Source: Candidatus Nanohaloarchaea archaeon
GTDB taxonomy: Archaea > Nanohalarchaeota > Nanosalinia > Nanosalinales > Nanosalinaceae
Length of the DNA stretch: 16,801 bases
Reading direction: 5' to 3'
Assembly: GCA_046497485.1 (NCBI GenBank)
Contig: JAWOFP010000005.1
Location: 1-16,801, forward strand
Shown: piece by piece, positions 1 to 8,823 of the stretch
Numbering within the stretch: position 1 is the first letter of the stretch
Layout: every line of letters begins with the position of its first letter
Translations under genes and position numbers: made by a program
The notes under the pieces: generated by a model
Seen by the model: only the letters and a program-made list of their open reading frames with translations
What the model was told of the DNA's origin: nothing
The model's database searches: none

Positions 1-2
1 GA

Positions 3-95
3 TTGACGGATGTAGAACCTGATGCCGAGGAAATATTCGAGAAATTCCAATCAGAAGTTCCAAAAGAAGCCAGCTACGTGGTCAAAGTAGATTAA
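3..95 (+). CDS. 3' end of an unidentified protein, truncated by the window edge (...LTDVEPDAEEIFEKFQSEVPKEASYVVKVD*)
   Basis: Open acidic frame from the window start to TAA at 93-95, 3 nt before the next ATG, so probably co-transcribed. The product cannot be assigned. Confidence 0.7.
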   Translation: MTDVEPDAEEIFEKFQSEVPKEASYVVKVD

Positions 96-98
96 AGC

Positions 99-545
99 AT
101 GAAAACAGATCAAAAAGACGTCAAAAGACTGGAAAAGGCAGCAAATAAAGCGATGGAGAACTCCTACACCGCAGTATATGATTTTCCTGTAGGAGCATCT
201 GTACTGGCCTCTTCAGGCAAGATTTACAGTGGCTGTGTAGTCGACGGAATGGTGAATGGAAACGGAACATGTGCAGAGCAGAACGCAATCAATAACGCTG
301 TAAGCAACGGAGAATACAGCTTTAAAGCAGTATATGTGACGGCAGAGAAATCTGACAGTATCAGGCCCTGCGGAAACTGTCTCCAGTTCATAGCAGAATT
401 CGCTAAACTAGCCGAAAACAACACAGAGATAATCATGGGCAGGAATGGAGAGAATGAAGTTCAGAAAATAAATGAGATGCTTCCTAAGACGGTTAATCCT
501 CAAAGCTTAAATGCAGATATAAAAAAGTATAAAAATAAGGAGTAG
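99..545 (+). CDS. cdd: Cytidine deaminase-family protein (homotetrameric type) with a divergent substrate pocket
   Basis: FPVGA motif, IYSGC, zinc/catalytic CAE and PCGNC motifs, 148 aa. Confidence 0.85.
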   Translation: MKTDQKDVKRLEKAANKAMENSYTAVYDFPVGASVLASSGKIYSGCVVDGMVNGNGTCAEQNAINNAVSNGEYSFKAVYVTAEKSDSIRPCGNCLQFIAEFAKLAENNTEIIMGRNGENEVQKINEMLPKTVNPQSLNADIKKYKNKE

Positions 546-584
546 AAAAAGTGCTAAACGTTAAATTTTCTAAAAATTAGAATA

Positions 585-1304
585 TTAGTTATTCAACTCA
601 AATTTCAATCTTTCAACATTTGAACCTTTACTTTTTCTCTCGATAATATTGATCTCTCCAATTTCATCTAGGTTGTCGACATGAGTGCCTCCACATGGAC
701 AGATATCTTCTCCACCGATCTCAACTACTCTCAAAGGATCAACATGGTTGGGAATCAAGTCTAGATTGGTGCGGCCTTCTGTCATCTGCTCCTCCACTAG
801 TTCGCGCTCCATCTCCTTTTTCTCTACTTTCAGGGCTTTCTCGATTAGTGAGTTAGCGCCGTTCTCAATCTTTTCTACATCTCTCTCACTGAATTCCACT
901 GGTTCAAAGTCGATCCTGCTGTAGTCTTCATGAATCTGGTTTCCAGCTGTGGACGCATCGTACATATTCAGTACTATCCAGGAAATCACGTGCTGGGCTG
1001 TATGCATTCTCATATGTTTATAGCGGCGATCCCAGTCGATTTCTCCATGAATTTCTTGATCAGGCTCTGGGAAGTCTCCTTCAATGTAGTGTCGGATTTC
1101 TCCCTGCTTTCTCTTTACTTTTTCAACTGAGGCCTCGCCGTCTTCCCAAGTTATTTTTCCTTTATCAGTCGGCTGTCCGCCGCCTTCCTTGTAGAAAAGC
1201 GTCTGATTCAAGGTGATGTAGCCCTTTGACTCTTTCTTTTTCTGGACTTTGGCGTCGAACTCTTTCTGGTATTCATTATTGGGGTAGTATAGCAGGTCTG
1301 TCAT
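585..1304 (-). CDS. alaXM: Alanyl-tRNA editing protein AlaX-M
   Basis: FYKEGGGQPTDKG, IDWDRRYKHMRMHTAQH (HxxxH) and CPCGGTH (CxxxH) motifs. The 239 aa length matches free-standing AlaX-M. Confidence 0.95.
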   Translation of the reverse strand: MTDLLYYPNNEYQKEFDAKVQKKKESKGYITLNQTLFYKEGGGQPTDKGKITWEDGEASVEKVKRKQGEIRHYIEGDFPEPDQEIHGEIDWDRRYKHMRMHTAQHVISWIVLNMYDASTAGNQIHEDYSRIDFEPVEFSERDVEKIENGANSLIEKALKVEKKEMERELVEEQMTEGRTNLDLIPNHVDPLRVVEIGGEDICPCGGTHVDNLDEIGEINIIERKSKGSNVERLKFELNN

Positions 1305-1382
1305 AACTATTATTTAGGATTGATACTCTTTTTGTCTTTCGGATGACCTATAAAATAAAAAACTTGTCTAGTGTTGTGAGTC

Positions 1383-1946
1383 ATGGGTAAAGGCGGGGCA
1401 GGAAATTATTCTTCAGAAGAACACTACGAACCAAATAATAGAGATACAGTTCCATATAATAGCGAATCTCCCTTCTTTCAAGCAGAAGGAACTGATGTAA
1501 CCGATCTTGCTTTTTTCATCGGACAGTTCGGCGAAGATGATGGAGAATTCAGCCTCAATGAGTATTGGACTGATCCAAAGACAGGCTTTAATTCAGAAAC
1601 TATAGGTCCTAAGACAGGAGAGTATATAGGAGGAGCAATTGGAGAGCGGCTTGATGACTTCCAGAACTCAGGTTACAATATTTCAGTATACGATTTTACT
1701 GGAGAAGATAGCTTGAAGGTAACTGCTGCCGTCAGCGAGTATTTTCCACGAAGTTTTAGACAGAGAGTTATAGCAAGTCCTCCAGAAATCAACCATGCAG
1801 ATGGAGGATTAACTGTGCGAGGAAATCTTGAAATATCAGGAGAAGATCTCTACGAAAGCGCTAAAAATTCTGATCTACAGGAAGCTAGATTATGGCCTCG
1901 AGCAGACTCTGCTCTTAGAAAAACTTTCCAAGTAGGTATGGATTAA
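1383..1946 (+). CDS. Hypothetical protein (187 aa, acidic)
   Basis: Long ORF with acidic composition like its neighbours and an AT-rich TATA-like stretch upstream (about 1349-1362). No family recognised. Confidence 0.75.
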   Translation: MGKGGAGNYSSEEHYEPNNRDTVPYNSESPFFQAEGTDVTDLAFFIGQFGEDDGEFSLNEYWTDPKTGFNSETIGPKTGEYIGGAIGERLDDFQNSGYNISVYDFTGEDSLKVTAAVSEYFPRSFRQRVIASPPEINHADGGLTVRGNLEISGEDLYESAKNSDLQEARLWPRADSALRKTFQVGMD

Positions 1947-1964
1947 ACTCCTTATCAGTAAGGG

Positions 1965-1970
1965 TTTAAG
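1965..1970 (+). promoter_or_regulatory. Putative TATA box of rps17e (leaderless spacing)
   Basis: TTTAAG ends 24 nt before the ATG at 1995. Confidence 0.55.
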
Positions 1971-1994
1971 AATGTTCAGGCCTGTAATTCGTGT

Positions 1995-2198
1995 ATGGGA
2001 AGAGTAAGGCAGACTTACATTAAAAGACTTGCAAGAGATCTTGTTGATTCAAACAAGGACTTTTCCGAGGACTTTGATGAGAATAAGGAAATTTTAAGCG
2101 AAACTCAGGAGTTTAATTCAAAGAGACTTCGTAACAGAGTAGCAGGTTACGTTACTACACTGAAAGGCCAAACAGAAGAACAGAAACAAGGCCTATAA
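1995..2198 (+). CDS. rps17e: 30S ribosomal protein S17e
   Basis: MGRVRQTYIKRLA...DFDENK...SKRLRNRVAGYVT signature, 67 aa. Confidence 0.96.
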   Translation: MGRVRQTYIKRLARDLVDSNKDFSEDFDENKEILSETQEFNSKRLRNRVAGYVTTLKGQTEEQKQGL

Positions 2199-4557
2199 TA
2201 TAGATCATTGTGGCTGTTAATCCTGGGACGCCTCTAGACTCTTGTTCTGAGCTTCTAACATACACAGGGAATTCTTCAACTGTTTCAGCACCAATCTGCT
2301 GATCGGTACTATTGAACCTCAATGCATCTTTTGCCGCACCAGCTCCTTCATCTGCCTCAACTTCAATTTGGAACCTCTTATTCTCCCCAGACTCTAATTG
2401 ATAAACTCCGCCACTGTAACTGGCAAAAGAAGCGTTAACATTGCCTTGAACTGTTGATACATCAGTAGTAATATTTTTAGGCTCAGGATGAGTATTCGCA
2501 ACTTCCAGCATCAAATTTGATTGTCCAGACTCTGTAACGATAAGAGAGCTATATTTGTATTCAATATTTTTACTTAACCTAAAGCTATCTGAAATAACTC
2601 TTCTAAAACTCCATGTCTCCTCATAAGTATCATAAGGATCTTCCAGTCTCACACCCCACTCAAAATCACCTAGTCCTACTTCCCAAATATATTCGTGGTT
2701 TGAGTTTAGATGTGCGTCTTCTACAGTTGCTATATCAGTGTTCTCTCTAGCATTAAAGAAAGTTAAATTAAATTCATCGCCTTCAGAGTCCGAAACCTCA
2801 ACCTCAAGATCTGCCTCTTCTCCTGTCACTATAGAACCATCCTGAGGAGATATTAACCGATCTATATCCGGCGCCTGATTAGGAATTTCATTACTACCAG
2901 TATCCCAGTTTGAGGTGCCTTTTTCATCCTCCACCGAAACATTGACATCTATATCATCATACACTTCAAAACCTGAAATAGAATTATTGACACTATCATA
3001 TCTACATTCTGCCCTTGTACTGGACTCAGCAGATAACTCGCCTTCAATCTTACCTGTCGAAGGATATCTATTGCCATCCTGGTCCTCAAAACTCATTGAA
3101 CATTCTCCAAAGTCTCCTGAACTAGTAAGCATATCCACATCAGCAACGACTTCAAAACCATGATGATCAGTCCAGTCATTAAAACCTATATTAGTTATCT
3201 GAGGAGGATAACCAAGATCAAGCTCATTATTACTCTCATCTGCCTCAAGTGTGTCTCCACGAGCTTCAGAAACTCCAACTTCAGAGTTTGAAACACTATT
3301 CCAGTAACCCTGATAATCAGCAATTATATTCAGATTTTCTACGTCATCTAATACTGAATTAGAAGCATCCACTGTAAAATCTATATTCTGGCTCTCACCT
3401 ACTGACAACGTAGGCAAGCTCTCCGAAACTCTATTACCGCCGTCATCAACTATTGAAACCTCTCTAGGCCTAGAACCAACTGTCCCTATATTCTCAACTT
3501 CAACTTCAACTTCTACATCGCCTAAATTTTCTCGGTGAGCATCAAAAGAAACCGCATCAAAATCGACTTCCTCAACATTATAACTATCTGAACCTGAGAA
3601 ACTGAATGTATTTGAACCTCCTTCATAATCCAAGAAAATCTCTGAATCACCGGTAACTAGTTCTTGATTACCAGGTACTGTAGGTCTCCACTCCAGATTG
3701 TGATTATAACTACCATCATCAATATCATTGTATTCTTTATCATATTCTGTTCCAGATTCAAACTTAGATATATCATCCGAGTATGCATCATCGTTCAATC
3801 TCATTCTTAAAGTTGCGTCAGTTTCAGTACTGACATCCTGTAGAATCGAATTATAGACACTATCAATAGTTCCTGTTTCGGCATACCAACAATTATCACC
3901 ATCATTATTCTCATCACTATTTTTAGTACATTGAGAAGCTCCCGATAATCTTTCAAACTCTCCGGCATCTGCGCCGCTACCATACATTATACCATGAACT
4001 TCAATCCCGTCATCTCTTGCATCATCGGCTGTATCCTCGGTATCAGTATCACTATCACCGTCTCCTAGAACTAACATTACTTCAATGTCGTTACCTCCAG
4101 AGTTTAGTTCATCATTAGCATCTTCAATAGCAGGAACTATGTCAGTACCTCCGCCATCGCTGATTTCATCAACTGCCTCTTTAGCATCATATTTGCTGCT
4201 AGTTAGTGACTGCTTCAAATCAGAACCTGTGTCAAAGGAAATAACCGCATTTTCATCTCCTTCAGCAGTTCTAGTATTATCGATATAATCTTTTGCAGCA
4301 TCCTGTGCATCACCTAGATCTTCACTCATACTTCCAGACTCATCAATTGCAAATACAGTATCAATCGGTTCATATGCTTCAATATCAAATTGGTAAGTGG
4401 ACTCCACAGGCCTTCCAAGGACATAATTAGTAGCTCCATCTGCCTGATCGGCCGACTCGCCTAGATTAGTGGCTACAGGATCATTAGCAGAAACTGAACT
4501 CATGAAAATCAAAAGAAATGAGATCAGTATCGCGTATTCAAAAATTCTAGACCTCAT
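2155..4557 (-). CDS. Large cell-surface glycoprotein: signal peptide, vWA (MIDAS) domain, CARDB/Ig-like domains, C-terminal membrane anchor
   Basis: Hydrophobic N-terminus ending VSA. MIDAS residues DESGS, GGTD and LGDG. CARDB-like VEVEVENIG...ADESNNE. Six NxS/T sequons in the C-terminal half. VPGL followed by a hydrophobic C-terminal helix. Confidence 0.88.
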   Translation of the reverse strand: MRSRIFEYAILISFLLIFMSSVSANDPVATNLGESADQADGATNYVLGRPVESTYQFDIEAYEPIDTVFAIDESGSMSEDLGDAQDAAKDYIDNTRTAEGDENAVISFDTGSDLKQSLTSSKYDAKEAVDEISDGGGTDIVPAIEDANDELNSGGNDIEVMLVLGDGDSDTDTEDTADDARDDGIEVHGIMYGSGADAGEFERLSGASQCTKNSDENNDGDNCWYAETGTIDSVYNSILQDVSTETDATLRMRLNDDAYSDDISKFESGTEYDKEYNDIDDGSYNHNLEWRPTVPGNQELVTGDSEIFLDYEGGSNTFSFSGSDSYNVEEVDFDAVSFDAHRENLGDVEVEVEVENIGTVGSRPREVSIVDDGGNRVSESLPTLSVGESQNIDFTVDASNSVLDDVENLNIIADYQGYWNSVSNSEVGVSEARGDTLEADESNNELDLGYPPQITNIGFNDWTDHHGFEVVADVDMLTSSGDFGECSMSFEDQDGNRYPSTGKIEGELSAESSTRAECRYDSVNNSISGFEVYDDIDVNVSVEDEKGTSNWDTGSNEIPNQAPDIDRLISPQDGSIVTGEEADLEVEVSDSEGDEFNLTFFNARENTDIATVEDAHLNSNHEYIWEVGLGDFEWGVRLEDPYDTYEETWSFRRVISDSFRLSKNIEYKYSSLIVTESGQSNLMLEVANTHPEPKNITTDVSTVQGNVNASFASYSGGVYQLESGENKRFQIEVEADEGAGAAKDALRFNSTDQQIGAETVEEFPVYVRSSEQESRGVPGLTATMIYIIGLVSVLLFGLSV

Positions 4558-4637
4558 AACAAATATTCAGTTAATCTAGAATAAAAAGTGTTACAAAAAA
4601 CCTAGATGTAATAAAATTTCTATCCTGTTTTATTTTT

Positions 4638-6710
4638 ATGGCCAGAAAAACAATCACCTCAGCACTTCCCTATATACATGGCGTACCTCATCTAGGAAAC
4701 ATTGTAGGCAGCCTATTACCTGCAGATATCTTTCATAGATACCAGGATTTGAGAGGGAATGACAATATATTTGTCTGCGGAAGCGATGTACATGGAACTC
4801 CTCTGGAACTTGAGGCCTTGGAACAGAATATTCCTGTAGAAGAGCTGAAGGAAAATAACCATGAAAAAGTCAAATCTGTTCTAAATGATTTTGACATGGA
4901 TTTCTCAATTTATTCAAATACTCACAGCGATTATAATCGAAAGCAGACTCACGACATGTTTGTAGAGCTTTATACTAACGGATATATTAAGGAAGAGACC
5001 CAAAAATTGCCTTATTCTGATGAAGACGATAGATTCTTGCCTGATAGATACATTGAGGGAGAATGTCCTAAGTGCGGAGGCCTCGCAAGAGGAGACCAGT
5101 GCGATGAATGTGGAACCTTACTAGAGCCAGAAGAATTAATTGAGCCTTATTCAACTATTTCAGGCAGCACAGATATAGAGTTCAGAGAGACAGAGCACCT
5201 ATTCCTAGATCTTCCACAGTTCAAGGATGAACTGCTTGAATGGTTGGAAAACGGCGAAGCACCGATTCCAGATAATAAACTGGAGGAAGTGAAGAACTCG
5301 ATTGAAGAGACAGAAATTAGATGTATTACACGAGACATAAACTGGGGATTCGAGATACCAGCGCAAAGAGTGAACAAAAGAATAGATGAAGAAGGCCTTG
5401 ATATTGAGGAATTAGATGCAGAAGTTTATGATGAGAAAGTCCTTTACGTATGGTTTGACGCGCCTATAGGTTACATCGGGTTCACTCGAGAACTATTTGA
5501 AGACGATGCAGAGTGGAAGGATTACTGGATGAACGAGCAGTCGGATGTATACTACTCAATCGGAAAAGACAATACGATCTTCCATACAGTGATCTGGCCT
5601 TCAATTTTACTAGGTTCAAACACCGAGGAAGAGGAATACAATTTACCTCATTATGAATTTATTCAGCAGTTCCTGATGGCTGAGGACACCAAATTCTCCA
5701 AGAGCAGAGGCAAAGGCCTCTCTACTGAAGACGCATTGGAAATGTATCCCAGCGATTACTGGAGATTCTATCTTGCGAGGAACCTGCCACAGCAGCATGA
5801 CTCAACCTTCTCTTGGGACGACTTTGAATCAGAGATAAACAATGTTTTGAATGATACAGTCGGAAACTTCGTGAACCGAACATTGAGCTTAGCAGAACAG
5901 TGGTTCGACAATGAAGTGCCTGTCGCAGACTTGAGGCCTGAAGATAGAGAAGTAGAGGATGAAGTACTGAATGTGGTTGATGAATATATTGAGGCCTTTG
6001 AAAACCATGATTTAAGGACCGGAGTAGAAAAAGCTGTAGAAGTCGCTAGAATTGGAGATCAGTACCTGAGCGAGGAGGAACCATGGAACAATGAAGATAG
6101 AAGAGAGGAGACAATCCATGTATCTTTACACTTGATCAGGGCTATCGGCGTCATGCTTTACCCATACACACCGGAGGCCTCAGAGAAGATTGCGGACATG
6201 CTGAACACAGAGATCCACACTGAGGAAGGTGATGACGAGCTTGTGGAACCGCTTCTAGGCAACCTTGGATCAGGTCACGAACTTGGCGAGAAAGAGATTC
6301 TTTTCGAGAAAATCGATGTTGAAGAAGACAGGCCTGAACAAGAAGATAAAAATGAAGAGGCCTCAGAACAAGGTATGGAAGAAGGCCTTGTAAGCTTCGA
6401 TGAATTCCAAGACATGGATTTGAGAGTTGGAGAAGTCCTTGAAGTTGAGGATCATCCAAATGCGGATAAGCTATACAAAGTCCAGCTAGACGTCGGAGAA
6501 AAACAGTTGCAGACATGCGCAGGCCTCGTAAACCATTACGAAAAAGAAGATCTAGAAGGCCGACAAGTAATTGTCTTAGCTAACTTAGAGCCGACAGAGC
6601 TTCGAGGAGAAAAATCTGAGTGCATGATGCTTGCTGCAGAAGATGAAAAAGAAAATGTGGAGCTGTTAGGCCTAGAAAATGAATTGAAGATAGGGAGTGA
6701 AATACGGTAG
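4638..6710 (+). CDS. metG: Methionine--tRNA ligase with C-terminal Trbp111-like tRNA-binding domain
   Basis: ALPY...HLGN (HIGH), CPKC/CDEC zinc knuckle, YVWFDA, IGKDN, KFSKS, and C-terminal DLRVG...HPNADKL...SECM. Confidence 0.98.
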   Translation: MARKTITSALPYIHGVPHLGNIVGSLLPADIFHRYQDLRGNDNIFVCGSDVHGTPLELEALEQNIPVEELKENNHEKVKSVLNDFDMDFSIYSNTHSDYNRKQTHDMFVELYTNGYIKEETQKLPYSDEDDRFLPDRYIEGECPKCGGLARGDQCDECGTLLEPEELIEPYSTISGSTDIEFRETEHLFLDLPQFKDELLEWLENGEAPIPDNKLEEVKNSIEETEIRCITRDINWGFEIPAQRVNKRIDEEGLDIEELDAEVYDEKVLYVWFDAPIGYIGFTRELFEDDAEWKDYWMNEQSDVYYSIGKDNTIFHTVIWPSILLGSNTEEEEYNLPHYEFIQQFLMAEDTKFSKSRGKGLSTEDALEMYPSDYWRFYLARNLPQQHDSTFSWDDFESEINNVLNDTVGNFVNRTLSLAEQWFDNEVPVADLRPEDREVEDEVLNVVDEYIEAFENHDLRTGVEKAVEVARIGDQYLSEEEPWNNEDRREETIHVSLHLIRAIGVMLYPYTPEASEKIADMLNTEIHTEEGDDELVEPLLGNLGSGHELGEKEILFEKIDVEEDRPEQEDKNEEASEQGMEEGLVSFDEFQDMDLRVGEVLEVEDHPNADKLYKVQLDVGEKQLQTCAGLVNHYEKEDLEGRQVIVLANLEPTELRGEKSECMMLAAEDEKENVELLGLENELKIGSEIR

Positions 6711-6714
6711 GAAT

Positions 6715-7026
6715 TTATTCAGCGTTGAGAGGCCTTGCAGCTTCTTCCACAGTCATTTCTCTTTCTAGGTCTTCTGATAGAATTCCTGCCGATAGAGATC
6801 CTCTTGATTCTCTGGCTCCATATACTTCTGCACCTTCACTTCTCAAATTTGCTTCTGCCTTCGCCTGACCGTTCTCAAAGTCTACTCCATAGGCTTCACC
6901 ATCTATCTTTACAACAGCATCGTAGTCAGAGATATTTTCTGATGAAGGATTTTCTTCGATTCTATCCGCTTGATCTCTCAAGACCTGATAAGTGCTTCTG
7001 TTTGATTCGAGCTTGTCTATTGTCAT
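6715..7026 (-). CDS. Hypothetical protein (103 aa)
   Basis: ATG-started acidic ORF convergent on metG. No family recognised. Confidence 0.7.
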   Translation of the reverse strand: MTIDKLESNRSTYQVLRDQADRIEENPSSENISDYDAVVKIDGEAYGVDFENGQAKAEANLRSEGAEVYGARESRGSLSAGILSEDLEREMTVEEAARPLNAE

Positions 7027-7056
7027 AGTTATATTTACTTATTGGTAACAACAACA

Positions 7057-7551
7057 TTATAAACCTTTTGCTAAACTGGTATGTCCATCTTCAAATTGGC
7101 CTAGATATTTATCGATAATTTCTCTATCTCCCGTAGAAATAATTTTTTCCATTGTAAAGCCTTCTGTGTTAGAACCGCTCTGATCATAAGTTAAAGAAGG
7201 CTCAATTTCCAATTCAACATCTTTACCTGACAAAGAACTATGTGTATTTGATAGACATTCTCTAGCATAACCTCCTGCCAAAACCACCTTCCCATAATTC
7301 TCTGCAAGAAATTCGGCATCATCTTCATGCAACTTACCAGAACCTACTTCATTTAGTATATTATCGTAACTAGAGGCATCCCCATAAGGACGCTCACACT
7401 GCCTAATCCCATCAAAAGGAACAACATAGGTATCGCCTTCAAACTGTTCAACATATTCTACAAAATTCTCTCCAACAATACCATGATCAAATTTTTCATG
7501 AGGATGAGTGACGACCAACGCCTTATCAGCTACTACTCCATCAGAAGACAT
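7057..7551 (-). CDS. Hypothetical protein, possible divergent isochorismatase-like (cysteine hydrolase) fold
   Basis: N-terminal ALVVTHPHEKF and central VVLAGGYARECL match the layout of the family's ALLVID and lvlxGxxtxxCV motifs. Confidence 0.55.
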   Translation of the reverse strand: MSSDGVVADKALVVTHPHEKFDHGIVGENFVEYVEQFEGDTYVVPFDGIRQCERPYGDASSYDNILNEVGSGKLHEDDAEFLAENYGKVVLAGGYARECLSNTHSSLSGKDVELEIEPSLTYDQSGSNTEGFTMEKIISTGDREIIDKYLGQFEDGHTSLAKGL

Positions 7552-7560
7552 AATAAATTC

Positions 7561-7842
7561 TTAAAATGAGATTAATTCCTCTAAAGCCTCATCATCTGAA
7601 TCTGGAGAATAGTTATCTTCCAAATATTCTAAGGCCTTTTGTGGGTTTTCAGCTACATCTTTTTCCAGTACTTCTGTACTTCCTAGCGACTCATCATTTC
7701 CGGTAAGCAGGAATCTGTCTCCATACTCAACTAACCTTGCGTCAACTTTTTCCGGAATTGTGTTGTCTTCATATTTTACCGCAAATTTTTCATCGTCTAT
7801 CTCCACAATATCAAATCTGCCAAACTTGTAATCTTCGCCCAT
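7561..7842 (-). CDS. Hypothetical protein, probably the 3' part of a gene that starts at 7967 and is split by a frameshift
   Basis: Acidic ORF with first ATG at 7842. The frame stays open upstream to 7875, inside an A7 run. Confidence 0.65.
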   Translation of the reverse strand: MGEDYKFGRFDIVEIDDEKFAVKYEDNTIPEKVDARLVEYGDRFLLTGNDESLGSTEVLEKDVAENPQKALEYLEDNYSPDSDDEALEELISF

Positions 7843-7853
7843 CTCTATCACTC

Positions 7854-7967
7854 TCAAGTATAGATACTCATTTTTTTATGCTGGATTTTAGGCCTTCCGA
7901 CCTCTTCTCTGAGATCGTCAAGGGCTTTTTCTGCGACATCTTCGTAAGTTTCAGTCGTCAAGCTCAT
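7854..7967 (-). CDS. Short ORF absent from the ORF track (37 aa, MSLTTETYEDVAEKALDDLREEVGRPKIQHKKMSIYT), probable 5' part of the frameshifted gene
   Basis: ATG at 7967 lies 22 nt downstream of TATTTAAG. The peptide is acidic and helical. One extra A in the A7 run would fuse it to the next ORF. Confidence 0.6.
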   Translation of the reverse strand: MSLTTETYEDVAEKALDDLREEVGRPKIQHKKMSIYT

Positions 7968-7989
7968 AGTTGTTATTTAGTAGTGACAA

Positions 7990-7997
7990 CTTAAATA
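7990..7997 (-). promoter_or_regulatory. Putative TATA box for the minus-strand orphan cluster
   Basis: TATTTAAG ends 22 nt before the ATG at 7967. Confidence 0.55.
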
Positions 7998-8049
7998 GTT
8001 TGTGGTGGAAAATCGGGCATATTTCAAATTTCAGGCCTCAATTTTTCCT

Positions 8050-8823
8050 ATGAAACTTCATTTTCTAGGAACTGGAGGAGGCCGGTTCGCGACAGGGAAG
8101 CAGTTAAGAGATACTGGAGGAATGATTCTGGAGTCGGACGAGACATCTATTTTCATTGATCCAGGGCCCGGAGCGCTAGTAAAAGCCCAAGATTATGAAA
8201 CTGAAAGTCTTGAAGGCCTGATCGTAACTCACTCTCACTTAGACCATTATAGTGATGCCGAATCGATAATTGAATTAATCTCGTTAATCCATGAGAACCC
8301 ATGTAAATTAATGGGTCCAGTGTCTGTGCTTGAAGGATATGGAGACATGGAGCAGTCAGTCTCAAACTACCACCGGAACCAGTGCACCAGAACAGTTAAT
8401 TTGACAGAAAAAGAGGAAACTGAACTCGGAGACCTTGAAATTGAGTCACAGGAAATGTTTCACAGTGAGCCCAAATGCAGAGGCCTGAAAATCTCAAATG
8501 GAAAAAAAGTATTCGGCTTCTGGACAGATTCAGCTTACAGCGACGAACTACTGGAATTTTATGAGGACTGTGATACACTGGTTATCAACTGTAACAGGCC
8601 TAGAGAAGGAAACATTAGAGGCCACCTATCTCTAAGCGAAGTGCCGAAAATATTGGAAGATTCAGGTATTTCTACCTTGATAATCACTCATTTCAGCGAT
8701 AAGTTCCTAGAAGCAAATCTAGAAGAAGAAAAGGCCTGGCTCGATGACCAAGTAAATCAGAAAGTCGTCTTTGCAGAAGATGGAATGACTTATCCTGGAG
8801 ATAGGAAGCTAAGTAGTTTCTAG
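8050..8823 (+). CDS. MBL-fold metallo-hydrolase (PhnP/RNase Z-like superfamily)
   Basis: MKLHFLGTGGGRF start, IDPGPG, THSHLDH (HxHxDH), downstream H, WTD, GHL and THF ligand motifs. ATG 8050 is preferred over GTG 8002 because the family begins at this strand. Confidence 0.9.
   Translation: MKLHFLGTGGGRFATGKQLRDTGGMILESDETSIFIDPGPGALVKAQDYETESLEGLIVTHSHLDHYSDAESIIELISLIHENPCKLMGPVSVLEGYGDMEQSVSNYHRNQCTRTVNLTEKEETELGDLEIESQEMFHSEPKCRGLKISNGKKVFGFWTDSAYSDELLEFYEDCDTLVINCNRPREGNIRGHLSLSEVPKILEDSGISTLIITHFSDKFLEANLEEEKAWLDDQVNQKVVFAEDGMTYPGDRKLSSF

Noticed and set aside
5000..5170. MetRS has only one cysteine-liganded zinc knuckle
   Set aside because: This is known variation among MetRS enzymes, and E. 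coli MetRS also binds a single zinc.
8002..8049. GTG-started N-terminal extension of the MBL hydrolase
   Set aside because: The family fold begins at MKLHFLGTG (ATG 8050), and the extension lies in the divergent promoter region.
8797..8823. C-terminal GDRKLSSF of the MBL hydrolase as a PCNA-interacting (PIP) motif
   Set aside because: It lacks the Gln and the second aromatic residue of the QxxLxxFF consensus, so it is too weak to claim.
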